From: Vicugna vicugna
Lineage: Eukaryota
Direction of reading: 5' to 3'
Length of the DNA stretch: 63,910 nt
NCBI GenBank assembly: GCA_013265495.1
Contig: MU058636.1
Span: 992,091-1,056,000, forward strand
Shown: positions 25,101-38,450 of the stretch, one piece after another
Numbering within the stretch: position 1 is the stretch's first letter
Layout of the letters: every line of letters begins with the position of its first letter
Position numbers and translations under genes: made by a program
Notes under the pieces: model-generated
Database searches by the model: none
Told to the model about the DNA's origin: nothing
Seen by the model: only the letters and a program-made list of their open reading frames with translations

Positions 25101-28100
25101 ATGGTGTTGTAGACAGTACAGAGTGTGAGCTTCCATTTTTACCCTCAAGGGCTTCTCATTGTGTTGGGAAGACCGAACATGTGCATCGGAAGAGAAACCA
25201 CGATGGAAAGGAAAGGTGTGGGCCGCACCTGGGAGTTGGAGGAAGGGGTGGTCTGGCCGGGCAGAGGCCGTCCAGGAAGCGTGTGAGTCACAGGAGGGGC
25301 TGAGGTTGGAATACAAGGTGGGAGCTCAGGTGAGGAGGGCGTGGGTGCGTGCCTCTGCACCTGGACGTGCTGCTTCAGTCTTGCAGCTGTTTCCTGATTT
25401 GTCAGGTAGTGAAAGTAACATCTGCCGTGTTTGTGTCACGGCTGTTGTAGAGGTTAAACGAGATGATTTATGTGGAAGCCCTTTGTAAATGGCACCATAT
25501 TCAGATGTAAGGTGTTATTAATAATTTGCTGTTTGCAGTGGGAGCCTGTTGGATGACAGCTCTGTTTTAATTCATTCATCGTATGTAAATGAGATTGTAT
25601 TCTTGCAATCAAAGGTGTTTAATGAAGGTCGTGATTAGGTGTCGAGGGAGAGTCAAGAGACTGCTTTTAGGTAAGGTTCATATATATGTGTCTGCGATTT
25701 TATTTGTAAACTTATAAATACAGAATTACTTACTGAAAGTTAATGTGTGATGTGTATCTGAAGTGTTCTACATTTTTGGCTAATAAAAAGGAGGCACATT
25801 TGACGAGTGCGTTACTGAGCTGTGAGGAAACAGGAGTCCATTTAGTAGCAAAATTACATGACGCTTCTCGTCCCACATTCTGGAACAGACTATTTTTAGC
25901 CTCTCTTTGATTCAGTGACGAATTCCAGTTACAGGATTCAGTAATTAAAGCAGAGAAACATATAGCATCATTCAGGCAGGAAGATGTTTTTACTTGAGTT
26001 GGATCTGGCTCAGGGTTTAGACTGTTACCCTCTGGGTCTCCGGAATCACTGGTTCGTCGTCTCTGTGGGTCACAAGCAACAGGAAGAGTGCCAGGACTTC
26101 GGTCAAGGACACAGTGTCCCCTTTTTAAGGAAGGAAGTCTAGAAAACTCTGGGATTTCTTAACCGGTGAGCTTGTGGTAACTGTGTCAGCGGCAGGATTC
26201 TGGAACAAGCGTTCAGGGACCCCTGGGCCTGCCCCGGTCTCCTGTCCTGGAGTCTCTGCCTTGGCCAGCCTTCCCCATCAGGGCCTCCGTCCCTCTGTCC
26301 CCCGCATCTGTCCTGCCGCTCCTCCGTCTCCTCCGTTCTCAGGCTGCCTCTGAACATTGTGAAAGAAAACGATGTGAGGCTGCCAGTTGGTCCCACTCCA
26401 CATTCGTATTTAATGGTTGGGGATTGTTCCATAATGTTGCTCAACAGCTTTTGGAGAACTTGCTCCCAGTCAGCGGTCTCCTCAGGCTGGAAGCTTTGTT
26501 TTATCTCGTGGGAGTTATGGTTATTCTCTTTGTGCCTTTCCGCAAAAGCTCATTAACTGTTTGGTGGACCTGCAGCGAGCCTTCTGCGGACCCCACTCTC
26601 CTGCCCTTCCCCTGGGGGAGCCCAGCCCTTGGAGCGGTGACCCCGGGGCCGACCCCAGGTCCTGGGACATCTGTTTGAAGTGGGTCAGGAAGACGCATCA
26701 TGATTTTTTTTTAACCCAGGCACTTGAGAAAATTCACCTGTTTGACAAATTTCTTTTGAATGTCGCTTGTGTGCTAGGCATTGAGCCAAGTGCTAGGAAT
26801 TAGGAAAAAAGAAAATGAAAAAGCTCTTTGACAGTGAGGAGTGCAGTTTTAGGACTCATGTGGCTGCCTAGGGCCAGACCTCTCTGCCATGAGCATTAGA
26901 AATCTCATGTATTTAAAAAAAAAACAAAACAGCTTAACAGTCATGGGTAGGCAGAAGCAACACATAGCGAGATAATCCGTTTTTTCTCCGTCTGCTGTGA
27001 GTTTCTGGACTTTTTCAACTTCAGTTCTTTGCGCTCTTAGCAGCCTAGTGCTGTGTGTTGCAGTCGTGAACTACTAGGCAGATGTAAGACTGGAGCTCAG
27101 TCCGGGCTGCTTGCATCGTCTTGGTGTGAGGCCCTGTGTGCTCATTTACTGATTCACTGTTTCATTCTGGACCCAGCACTGTTCGGGAGTTTTCGTTGGG
27201 CTCCTTTCTGTGTGACGCCCTGGGGATATGGGGTCACAGGTGACCCTCTCCCAGCCCAGGGGGATGTCACAGTGCCCAGGGGACAGGCAGGAACGGTGCT
27301 GGGGGAGCAGGAGTAGCAATGACGGATGCTCTCAAGAGCTTGTTCATCACGTGCGAGGCCAGGCTTGTCCCGGGGACCAGCTCCTTTGATTCTCCTACTC
27401 TCACTTTTGTAGTTGGGTGAATTTAAGCTTAAGTAACCTGCCTCAGAGCCTGTAAGCGGGGCAGCCAGTTAGAGCTCAAATGTGGCTCAAGAGCCCACTG
27501 CACTGTGGCATCCCGTGCTGCCTGGCTGCTTCGGTGGGCACAGAGAAGGGGGTGGACTCTGTCTGCAGCCAAGCGGGGCTTTGCAGTGGAAGTGAACCCT
27601 TGCTGGTCAGAAGGGGGACATGGAGGCCCAGAGGCGGGAGGGCAGGTGTGGAGGGCGTGGGCATGATGGAAGCGTGGGGAGAAGTGGCGGGAGTGAAGCC
27701 TGGGGACGCTGCTCTGGAATTGGCCTTGGCCGCCCCATGGGACAGGGGAGACTTTCTAACAGGACTGCACCCAGTGGGGACCCCACAGTAAAGCCGATGG
27801 GACAGGCAGACTGGCTGCGTTAACAGGAAGGATGCGGCTTCCCTGGCCATTCCTGACACGCCTGCATCTGCGAAGGGCAAACTGGAGCACCTGGGACAGG
27901 CCGGAGGGACCAGACCCCTAACCCTCCTGCAGATCCTTGGAGGTTGCAGGGTTAATGGGTTTGGTAGATTCGGTTTGGTTTCAGAGGGCAGAACAGAGCA
28001 TCGGTTGGAAGTTGTAAAGATGCAGGCTCTCACCAAACATGGAGCTGGCCGTCTGAGCGGGTGGCTACAAATTCCCGTCCCTGCACAGTGTTCATGCAGA

Positions 28101-30330
28101 AGTGTCCGGGCTGGCGGTGAGGAGCCTGAGCCCTGCCAGCGCCTGCCTGTGCGTTTGCTGCAGCTCCAGACACAGGCGGGCCGGCAGGCTCTAATTCATG
28201 AGACGCTTGGACGTGGGGGCTTTTGACCTCTCAGTGAGCTCTTCCTGTCTGGGTGGTGACACAACTCTTGTCTTCACGTGCACCTTGCGTCCTCTGTGCG
28301 TCCCAGAGGACAGGGGTCAGTCTCTCGGGGTCATTTGTTCAGCACACACATTTTCAGTCTTTTCTTGGTTATTGCAGCCTCTTCCCCAAACGTCCCACAC
28401 AGATCGCGCCTGCCACCTGCACCTCCGAGCCTTGACGTGCCGTCTTTCCGTGTATCACCTCTGCCTGACTCTTGGTTGTGTCTCATGTGTGGTAAGAGGA
28501 TGCTCAGTTTGACTGGGTCATGAGGGGTTCACGTGGCCCCGATCTCGGTCTGGGTTACTGTTATCTGGCCGAGGACTGTTAGTGCAGAGGTGTGGGCTGG
28601 CCACGGTTCTCTGCACAGTCATATCATATCAGGAATTGATCGTTTTTGTCTTCCTATTTTGTGAGATAGTTATTGTTCATTAAATAAAGGGGAAGAAACT
28701 GTTGTTTTATGATCCTAGAATTTAGGTCTGTGATAAATACTTTTTAAATGAACAGATTACTCAACACTGGGAGACTTTTCCTTCATCAGCACTCTCATAG
28801 AATAATTAATGTAGTTTTATTAATTATTAAATGAAGTGTCCCTAGCTGGGAGTGGGGTGCACGTAGGTGTTCAGGGAATGTCAGCTCACGTTATTTTTGT
28901 GTTATTTATAGCAGCATCCCTCCTGCTGCTTGCTTTACACACACACACTCACACACACTCGTCCTCACCAGATGGAGCTTCCTGGGCTTCGAGTCTTGCC
29001 TCGTTCCTCATTCACCTTCTACATAAGCGCTCACTTACAAACTGGGTTGAACGGTGGGGCCAGCTAAGTGTGTTCCTGGCGGCCCTGATTTAAGCGACAT
29101 GGGACTTCTGTGGCGGGAATTGAAACTCAGGTAACCAGCCAACCTGGGAGGCCAGGGATGGATGGACAGAGATGCTGTTTTATCGTGTTGCTAGACACGT
29201 GCTTCCAGGTAGAAACATCCCTAGCAGACGTTCTGACGAGTTGTGTTTCTCTGATAGAGTCTGCACGTTTTCAGGTGTCTAACAGTCTTGTGCGCAGAGC
29301 TTTCCGTGTGCATCGTTAAGAATGCAGGCGACACGGTCTCCTGGACGCAGAGGAACGAGGCGCTGAGTCTGGTTCCGAAGGTGGCCCCGGGGCCACGCGC
29401 AGAAGCCGCCGCCCGGGACCACGTGTGAGCGCCGCGCTGTATGCCTGCGGCGTCTCGTTTCTGGAAAGCTGGGATTCAGAAGCTTAGGAGAGCTGGTGGG
29501 ACCGAAATAGCAAACCAACCGTAATAAATCAGATTAGGGTGGTACTGGCGGATTACCAGCCTGTTCTCAGGGTAGGTGTTTTCGGGTCAGTCGCTTACTT
29601 CGTGTTGACTTCGAGGTCGTGGGTAACTAGGAGGAAGAGGCACATTACTGGGGAGGACTTTGTTATCACTGGCCTTCCAGGACGCTCTGTGGAGCAGAGT
29701 CAGGCATTCCGTGAGACGGGTTCAGCCCTTCCTCTCACCAGAGTGCCCAGGAGTGCGGGCTGACTGCGGCCTGAGCTGCTCGGAGCTGAATGGCCTGTCC
29801 CGTGTGTGGCATGACCTGGACTCGTCCTGAAGCTGTCCTCCCCCCTCCCCCTTTCTTTCTTTGTTTAAGAAGAAGACATATTTTTACTAGACAGCTGTCT
29901 ATCCTGGCTTGATTACCTTGGGCTGTGAATATCTCCTAAATTATGACTTGCTGTGATTTCAAAATACAGTTTTTTTCCTTTTTCCCCTTTATCCCCACCC
30001 CCCAATTTTTTTTTTTTTTGCACTGTGTAGCATAAGGAATTTCAAGTCAGTAGTAGGATTTTAAGGGTTAGGCTGAGGTCTGGAGACTGCACGAGTGCAT
30101 TTTGATGCCTTGAGGGCAGATCCAAAACCCGACCGGCAAGGATGGACACCTCTTGAGGGGCTTTTAAAGGGAGGAGCCCTTAAAGGTCACCCAGTTTGCT
30201 CCTCCGTCCATTGACTTGTTCGTCTATCTGTTCAGCAGATATTTGTGTGTTCACACACCTTCCTCCTGGTGTCCCTTTCCCAGGTGTGACAACCCTCAGC
30301 CCAGCGTCTCGAGCCCGCGGCATTGAGAGC

Positions 30331-30505
30331 TGCGCTGTTCAGTCCGGGGCCACTAGCCACACGCCGCTGTTCGAATTAGCACTAATTAAAGAGAAAGAAC
30401 ATGGGAAGCTCAGATCCTCAGTCACACCCACCACATGTCGGGGTCCGTCCAGTGCCCTCTGTGGCTGGAGCGGCCTCGTGGGCTGGTGTCCCCCTGTGGG
30501 ACAGT
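30331..30505. mobile_element. MER3/MER33-like hAT-Charlie non-autonomous DNA transposon remnant
   Basis: gcgctgttcag...gccactagccacacgccgctgttcgaatt...ctcagtcacacccaccacatgt...tgtggctggagcggc...ggacag shows the internal inverted gccac/gtggc architecture of this family. Confidence 0.55.
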
Positions 30506-31523
30506 CCATCAGTGCAGGAAGGTGAGCCAGGTGGGGCTGCCTGTGTCCTTGGGATCCATCCCGAGACTTCCCAGCACCCACACAGCCCATCACCCGGCGC
30601 CTACCTCTCCCGGGTTCGTCCCCATGAAGACGTTCTCCCCTGTCTTATTTTAGGTCTCTCTCATCTGAATTAAGCCTGCAGCGTTACCAGGACCGTGAAG
30701 CCTTCCCTGCCCGCCCCCCATCCCCATGGCAGCCGCCCCCTCCCGTGTCCTCTCGCAGTACCACGTGCACACCGTCATCACGCCGAAGCTAACTCCTTGT
30801 TGATAGGACTTTTCTTCCGGGGACCGAGAGGTGGTTGGAGTGCAGGGTTGGGCTTTGACTGTCAGAGTAGGGGCACACACAAAGCCTGACACATCACCCC
30901 AGGAAATGAGCATTTATTGAGCAGAGGGAGGAAGCAGGGGGTGAAGGAGGCTGCACCAGGTTGCACTGTGAGGACCGGAGCCACTCTGGATGCACGGAAG
31001 CTGGAAGAGAGGAGGCGTTTGTGGCCCAGGGAGCATCATGGATGCGAGCCTGTCGGTGGAAAGTCACAGGACAGCTATGCTCCTAAGGTAGCCACAGAGG
31101 AGTGTGTGTGCTCAGCACCATTCAGGGCTTAACTGAGGGACACAGACAATTTGAATTATGGTGTCGCATGTGAATGTGTTTCTCTGTGCAGATACGACAT
31201 CTCTTACTAGAGGTGCTGAACTCCACACTTAATAGCCTTCACTTGGAACTTCAAAGGTGTGATAGGGACCCTTTCCCTGTCACAGCAGGTGGCACACCCT
31301 CAAAGCCTAGTTAATTCTTCAAGACCGTTGTGGCTCCTGACGTACCTCAGTAGGAAAGAAGGATGCGTGTGTGCACGTGCAGAGGAGGCTGTGTGATGCG
31401 GACAGTGAGAACAGTGACTTAGCCAGGCAGCCCTGCCCTGACCTGTCTCTTGCAGGCCATGTCGTCCTGGGCAGGTGGCCGTCTGAGCCTCAGTTTCCTC
31501 ATTTTTTAATGGAGGTACTACCG

Positions 31524-32135
31524 TGTTGACTGAAGAAAATCACACAACCTAAAAGTTATGTCACATTTTGTTCAGGGACCTTACTGAAGACTGCAGCTCG
31601 GGAGACAGCCTGTCAGAGAGCTCTGAGGAACTGCTCCACAGAGGCGAGGGAGGGGCCAGGACATATAGGAGCTTTTGCTGAAAAAAATAACTAAGTCATA
31701 GAGCCAGACATCAGAAGATTACTACTGATCACAAAAAGCAGACAACTCAAGTTAATGATTTTAAGGAGGGTGAAGCTCAGTGGTAGAGCGCATGCTTATT
31801 AGCAAGCACGAGGTTCTGGGTTCAGTCCCCAGTACCTCCTCTAAAAATAAATTGCCCTCCTCTGCCAAAAAAAAGGGGGCATTCTCAAGTTAACGATTTT
31901 AGTGCTTTTCTAGGTATAGGAAGATGCAGGGGTCTGGCTCATTGAGATTATTCCTTAGATCTGCACCTTAACTGTCTAGGGCCGGTATCCTGTTTTTGTC
32001 CATCCTGAAATCTCCTCTGGGCGCACCGTCCGGGCGGCCACAGTGGCCGATGGCTTCATGGCCGGCAACATAGGTTGTTGGCTGGAATGGCCAGCAACGT
32101 CCTTTGTTTACTGAAAAGGCATTTTTCTGTCCTCA
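31524..32135. mobile_element. Solo ERV-type LTR (cetartiodactyl lineage) interrupted by a SINE
   Basis: Starts TGttgactgaagaaaatcacacaacctaaaagtt and includes gagacagcctgtcagagagctctgaggaactgctcc and gtgcttttctaggtataggaagatgcag, recalled as an ungulate ERV1-class LTR. Exact family and right boundary are uncertain. Confidence 0.6.
31764..31883 (+). mobile_element. tRNA-derived SINE (vic-1 type) with 18-bp target-site duplication
   Basis: ggagggtgaagctcagtggtagagcgcatgctt...aggttctgggttcagtccccagtacctcc. Flanked by ctcaagttaatgatttta (31746-31763) and ctcaagttaacgatttta (31884-31901). Confidence 0.9.
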
Positions 32136-33684
32136 AGTGATAACTGGTAACACAGTCCTAGCCCCATGGCCTTTCATACAGATGGGAAAATTCATGACTG
32201 TGTTTCCCACGGAAAGAGTTAACCATGATTGTGAGCACGAACGGTCGTCCGGGAAACACCCTCGGACACCTGCCTTGCCCTGTGTGCTCGATCAGCTGGA
32301 TGTCACTGTGTCTGACTGGTTACATTCAAAACCATGCAGATAAGGTGATGTGGTTCAGGTGGAGCTGGGCCTGGATGATCTGAAATCCAGGGGTACTTCT
32401 CTGCGTCTGGAAACAGGGTGATCACGTATGCAAGTTACTTAAAAAGTCCCTTTTTTTCTTGCACAATCAAGAGCTGTACAGCTGCTTCTAAGGAAGAGGA
32501 TGAAAATCATGTGCTGCTTTCAATTTTAAGGGAGCTAGAAACCAGGAGGAGGTGTGTAAGTTAGCATGTCATTGAATGATCTGGGTTTTTTCTCACACTT
32601 TACAAAGGACGGTGACAGCCTTAGCCGTGGTGTTCTCATCATCCACTGGCCCGCGTACGATTCATGCACGGCCAGACCGCCTCTTTGAGACTTCAGGTTG
32701 CTTTCCTTCTGCACGGAGACAGCACCCTCTCCTTTCCTGGGGCTTCATGCCTTCGTCTGGCCTCTCCCGTCCTCTCCCTCCCTTGACTTCCCTCCCCAGA
32801 AGCTTTGTGATGTTCCCCAGCCTACTTCCCAGCTCCCTTGCTCTTTCATGCCTCACCGTATCAGATTATGATTATCCACATGCATCCGTCACTCTCACGA
32901 GACTGAGTTCTTTCACCAGCAGGCATTTTCTTAGACAGTTTTGTGTCTGCGGTGTTTAAAGAGGGGCTGACTTACGCAGGATGCTTGGGAAAGTTTAACT
33001 GAGTGAATGGATGTTTGTTCACTACGTGTTTCTTAAATGCAGCCTCCCAGGTGAGCCACGACTCTGGGTAGGAAAACTCCACCTTATTTTTGGTACCTCT
33101 TAGCTTCAGCACGCTGGTAAACAATACTTATCTTCATGTTGCTCTGTGGGCTTGCTGTTCTGTCAGCTACCCTGGAAACTCTTTCTCGGGTCAGTTCAGC
33201 AGGTGTTCAGTCTTCGTTACTATTTTACCCCCATATGTACTATTAAAACATTTATGAAGTGGTCACCAAGATTTTTATTGACTTGAAGTAGAGCTCTTGT
33301 GTGAATGATCCAAACTCAGGTCATTGTGGATGGTCACAGACCTTCAATGTATGTGTTGCTGGTGAGTAAGTTCACTGAGTGGAGCAGTTCAGTTGACTAG
33401 ACCTGTGATATGCTTGGCATTTTGTTTTTCCCTTTGGCTGTTATTTACTAGATTCCTTGAAGTTAATTTCAGAGCTTCTTCCAGGATAGGAGGTGGCGAG
33501 TGGGACTGTACTGGAATTCTCATTAGCTCCCTGCTTAAACTAATTAAAAAAGAACTAGTTCTGGGACTGGAGCTCCCTTGATGAAATTACTGAAATGTGA
33601 AGTATGAATTTAAGACTTCTTGGAGACCTGAATGCGTTTTGCTTGCCGGTATTTAATTTTGTTTTTTTCTTTCTTTCTCTTTAG

Positions 33685-33779
33685 TTTTAGTTTTGTTTGC
33701 CGTTACCACCGATACCTGAGCCAAAGTGGTGATGCCACCTGAGAGACGTTTCTGCAGCCCATAAGTCAGCAGCCACGCG
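33685..33779 (+). other. WASF3: Probable non-coding 5'UTR exon of WASF3 (95 nt; alternative acceptor 6 nt downstream gives start 33691)
   Basis: Long polypyrimidine tract gtttttttctttctttctctttag| (AG 33683-33684) and donor GCG|gtaaga at 33779/33780. Non-repetitive sequence between the CpG island and the ATG exon. Fits my recollection of a ~100 nt UTR exon in mammalian WASF3, not confirmed by alignment. Confidence 0.65.
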
Positions 33780-34639
33780 GTAAGAGTGTGCCTTTCGCCC
33801 TTAATGCCATTCAGTTTCAGTAACATGACGGTTTAGATTTTAATTTGAAATAGAATAGGATAAAATATTGTATTAAATATCAATATATTTTAGTATGTAA
33901 ATATCAACTGCAGATAATATTTGAGAGCTTTAGGTCCTAGTCAATAGTGAGAATTTAAAAAACTATAATTTGTTTCATTCATTTCCTGTCAGTTTTTATG
34001 TGAAGAGCAAGTAGAGCTGTGTGGTTTTTTGACTCATTAAACTGGAGTCTCATTTTCTTCCCAATATATTTTGCCCATTTGCTTTCCATTTCCTGGGCTT
34101 TATTTTCTGAATCTTGTTAATAACACATGGGTATGAGACGTCAAGATGATGAAGATCCCCCCACTCGGGTGCCACTATAACTCACTCTGAACGGGAGTGG
34201 TGATCCCAGCAGTGCTCAGGTGAGGTCTGAGTTATTTGTGGTTTAAATGGTCGGTATGGCTCTATCTTCGAGGATTGTCTCCAGAGTAACACGAATGGCA
34301 GACCAGTCAGGCAAGCTCCTCCTCTGAACTTCACTTTCCTTCTGTACAGAAGGCTGTCGTCCGTCTTGCCTGTTTTGCAGAGTTGTGAAAATCGCTTGGC
34401 GCATGTAGAATTGTCCTTTCTTTCTTTTGAGGGGAGGGGAAGGTAGAGAGAGAAGAACAGATCTTTTGGTTTTGTGAATGTGTTGAGAGAGAACACACTG
34501 CTTCTTCATATCTTGAGGGAGGGGATGCTGGAAGGCTCGGTCCCTAAACCTGCCTCACCTTGGCCTTGGGCGTATCCTTACGGTAACTTACTGTCGAAAA
34601 GTGGAATCTGATTCCCGTTGTCTCACATTACAAGCGATT

Positions 34640-35975
34640 TTTCAGGAATACGTCTATATTCTTTGACCACAGTGGAATTAAGCTAGAAGTCAGTATCAGA
34701 CATCTGGGAAATCTCCAAATACTTTGAAATTAAGTAGCACCCTCTAAAGATCCCATGGGTCCAAGGGGAGGTCGCAGGGGAAATCGGAAAACATTTTTAA
34801 TTGGATGAAAATACAACATATCAGAATTTATGGAATGTTGCTAAAGCTGTACTTGAAGGGGAAATTATAGTGTTAAAGGCTCATATTGGAAAAGTTGTGA
34901 AACAATAATGTAAACTTTCACTTTGAGAAATTAGAAGGCAAAGAGCAAATTAAACCCAGAACAAGCAGAGGAAGAAAAGAAAGATAAGGGCAGCAATCAA
35001 TAAAATAAAAAACAAAAAAAGAGGAAAAAAAATCAGTGAAACCAAAAACTGATACTTTGATGAGATCAATAAAATTGATAAATCTGTAGTCATACTAATC
35101 GGGGGGAAAAAAGAGAGCAAGAAGGCAAATTTCTAATATCAGAAAAGAGAGACCATCAACATAGATCCTACAGATATTAGAAGGAAGACGAGGGAATATT
35201 ATGAGCCACTTAATACGTTTGGTAACTTAGATAAATGGACAAATTCCACCAAACCTCACTTGAGATGGAATGGGTAACTTGTATAGCTATTCATTTAAGA
35301 AATTGAATTTGTATTTAAAACTGTCCCAGAACGAAAGCTCAAGCCCACATGGTCTCGTTGTTGAATTTTACCAACCTATTAAGAAAGAAATAATACCAAT
35401 TATACACAAACTCTTCAGAAAACAGAAGGAAGGGAACACTATTTTATGAGGTCAGTATTACTCTGACACAAAAAATAGACAAAGATACCTCTCAACAAAA
35501 TATTTGCAAATTGAATACAGTCTACATAAAGAAGATAATATATCCTGCCAAAGGGCCACTTGTTCCAGGACTGGTCCATCATTTGAAAGTCAATAAATAT
35601 AATTCACAGTATCAACAAATTAAACAGCAGAATTTTTAAAGCCCCTGTGATCATCTCAATAGATGTAGTAGCAGCATTTCACAGTGTGCATCATCCGGTC
35701 ATGATAAAAACTCAAGAAAGATAAGAACAGAGGGAAACTCTCAGCAAAGCTGGCGCAGAAGGGAGCTTCCTCAGCTTGATAAAAGGCATCTATAAAACAC
35801 CTGCAGCTAAAATGGCAGTTCCTGGTGGGAGGCTGAACGCTTTTGCCTAACCGTAGGATCAGGGCAAGGGCGGTCACTCCACATGCCTGTTGAGAACTGT
35901 CTAGGCCATGCAATAGAGCAAGAAGAAGAAGTAAAAGGCATATGGATAGGGAAAGCGAGAGCAGACTTAGAACTC
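34640..35975 (+). mobile_element. Old L1 ORF2 internal fragment (post-endonuclease to RT region), degenerate
   Basis: gaccacagtggaattaagctagaagtcag, acaacatatcagaatttatgg, gatcaataaaattgataaatct, gatcatctcaatagatgtag. Confidence 0.85.
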
Positions 35976-35977
35976 CA

Positions 35978-36005
35978 TATATATATATATATATATATAT
36001 GTATA
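35978..36005. repeat. (AT)n microsatellite
   Basis: atatatatatatatatatatatatgtata seen directly. Confidence 0.9.
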
Positions 36006-37094
36006 GCACAGGGCCTGAGAAATGCAGATTTTAGCCCGCTGGCCTCTGTGATTCAGGGGAGAGGACAGAGGAGGTGGGGGGAGATGCTGAGGGCAGTACG
36101 TAATACCTGGTCTGTTTGGGTTTCTGTGGTTATGACCTGAAAATCATAAAACAAGGCAACATTTATATCACTTGTGGTTTCAAGTTGCTGTTTTCTTTAA
36201 AGTTGCAAGCCGGCGAACTCTGTTGGGAGAGTCTTATTTGAGCATTGTCTTCTTTCTGTTAGGGTGATGGGGAAGCCATGAGTAGTACTTAAAAGTTAAG
36301 CGTTGATTTAAACCTCACTGAATAGCTTTAATTTTTTAATTTAAAGAAAAAGGCTATCTGAAACAGTGTGAAGATGTCCTCTTAAATTCTGTGAGGATGA
36401 ACAAAATTATTCATTAAATCTGTTGTTAAGTCTCATTTAACTTTGGAGGCATTACAGTTGTTTTATATGTTTGCTGCCATGTCTTAGAACATATTGACAT
36501 GTTTTGCATAATAACATAGGACACATGTTTTGCCTACTGACTTCTGCTATGTAATTTCCAAGTACTTGCTTATTTTTATGGTGGCTGGCAGCATAGAGTG
36601 GAGGAAACCTGGAGTCCTGGTCCCAGTTGCCTGGGACCCTTGTGTAACAGGACAGCGTCTGTGGGTGGTTTCCCTGGAATCATTTCTAAGACTCTTGCAA
36701 TGAAGTAGTTTTTCAGCCCAAGTAGACTAGTTACAAATTTAAACAAATATGTAAGTATTAAATTAGTGTGTGCGTTTCATTGCGTATTGCTGGCCCTGTC
36801 CGTTGGTGCCGAGTTTGGGGTGGCAAAGTGGTCTAGTAGAGGGAATGTAAGTTTAGAAGTTACAGAAAATCTTGGGTTCAGATGCTAAAAACATACTTAA
36901 TTTAAGGCTTAATTTACGCTGTTGAGCAAAGTCCACTTAAATCCCTGACCCTTCATTCCCCTCCTCAGTAAAAGGCAGATAATAATCTGGACGAGCTGCT
37001 GAAAACATGAGAGCATCTGGGAGCCCGTGGGCACTCAGCTGGTCACACTCTTAAAGGGTCTTGGTCGCAGTGACACGGTGAAGACTTCAGCATC

Positions 37095-37260
37095 CGACAG
37101 ATCTGGTTTGAACTTAAGCCCTTATACTTACTGGTCAGGACACTTTGGATGAGTTACTTTCTGAGCCCTGATTTCTTAATCTGCTAAGTGAGGCAGTGCC
37201 AGCCTATGAAGCTGTAGCGGGGTGTAAATGACATAGTGCACACGAAATGCTTGTACGTAT
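37095..37260 (+). mobile_element. MIR SINE remnant
   Basis: cagatctggtttgaacttaagcccttatacttactgg...tttggatgagttactttctgagccctgatttcttaatctg. Confidence 0.6.
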
Positions 37261-38361
37261 AAAACGCTCCCATTTATCACCTTTAATCGGTTCACCGCTG
37301 TTAGCTCTATGACTTTGTGGCTTTGGTCGAGTTTCTGTAAAGTTGCCTGAAACCCCGCCTGGTTCTTCTCGGTGGTGATTGCAGTTCACTTGGTGGACTC
37401 TGTTCAGGAGAACGGAGCAGGGAGGGTGCCAGACTTGGTGTTGGGAGACCAAGTGCATAGGTTGCAAATCTCAGGTGTTTTACTATCCAGTGTTCCTCTT
37501 CCTGCTTTCGCAGTGCAAACAGTTGGGAATAGTTAACTAAATAACTGCTCCATTTATAGTAACTTTCTTTCATGAGCACAGCTTCCAGTTGCCAGAAATA
37601 CTGACCTTGGGGTGCTCTGTTTCTGAAAACACAGAGACTCAAGGTCAGTCACGCGTAGGCTAGGGAGCAGTCGGTGGGGCCCACAGCGTTACTGCTACTT
37701 GGACCTTACTTTATGCTGTCAGTTCATGCGAATTGCCCGCATTGGGCTGTTTCTGAGCCGCGAAAGTGGTCGTTTGCGACGGCTCAGGCTGGTATTTCAG
37801 GGTGTGGCGGTAGTGTTTTCTTTGCACACTTGGCAGATGATCTAATTTTGTATCTTACATTTGTTGTTTCCTCTAGGAACTTAAATGTATTTTTTAATGC
37901 ATTTTGGATTTCCTTTGTTAATTTGGTGAATGTCATGCTCAAATAATTTGATGCCAAAGACTAAGGTAGAGAAAAACAAGTGATAACGTCTTTCTGAATA
38001 AAAAATGGAGATGCAGAGCAATCTTTGAGAAGACTTTCCATGTGTGGTTAAGTAAGTAATTAGAGACAAAAGCCAGCGCCTTTAGAGAATTAAACCTTGA
38101 GGTCATTGGTCATAACAGGCAGAGCCCGAGTGCCTGGAAGTTGTTGGAGATGGGTGCTTTTTGGAAAGTCCTCTCTCCCTGGCAGGTGGGAAAACACTCT
38201 TGACGGTTTTAGCTTCTGAGGGTTTATTCCTGTGTTTTATGTTATGAAACAACGCAGCGTGCACTCAGTTTAATATCGTGTTTGTGAAGTGTCCGTAGGT
38301 TGGATGTTTATTGGACTTTGAATAAGAAGCTAACAATTTCAGTTTTGTTTAAAAGGGCATT

Positions 38362-38450
38362 GGGGAGGGCCATGGTAGAGCACGTGCTTAGCATGCACGA
38401 GGTCCTGGCCATTAAAAATCCCCAGTGCTGCCATTAAAAATGAATAAGCA
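38362..38450 (+). mobile_element. Rearranged tRNA-derived SINE (vic-1 type)
   Basis: ggggagggccatggtagagcacgtgcttagcatgcacgaggtcctgg...atccccagtgctgccattaaaaat. The A-box is partly deleted and the B-box is replaced. Confidence 0.8.

Noticed and set aside
25661..25676. ctgcttttag|gtaagg as a recursive splice motif
   Set aside because: The pyrimidine tract is very short and preceded by purine-rich sequence with several AGs.
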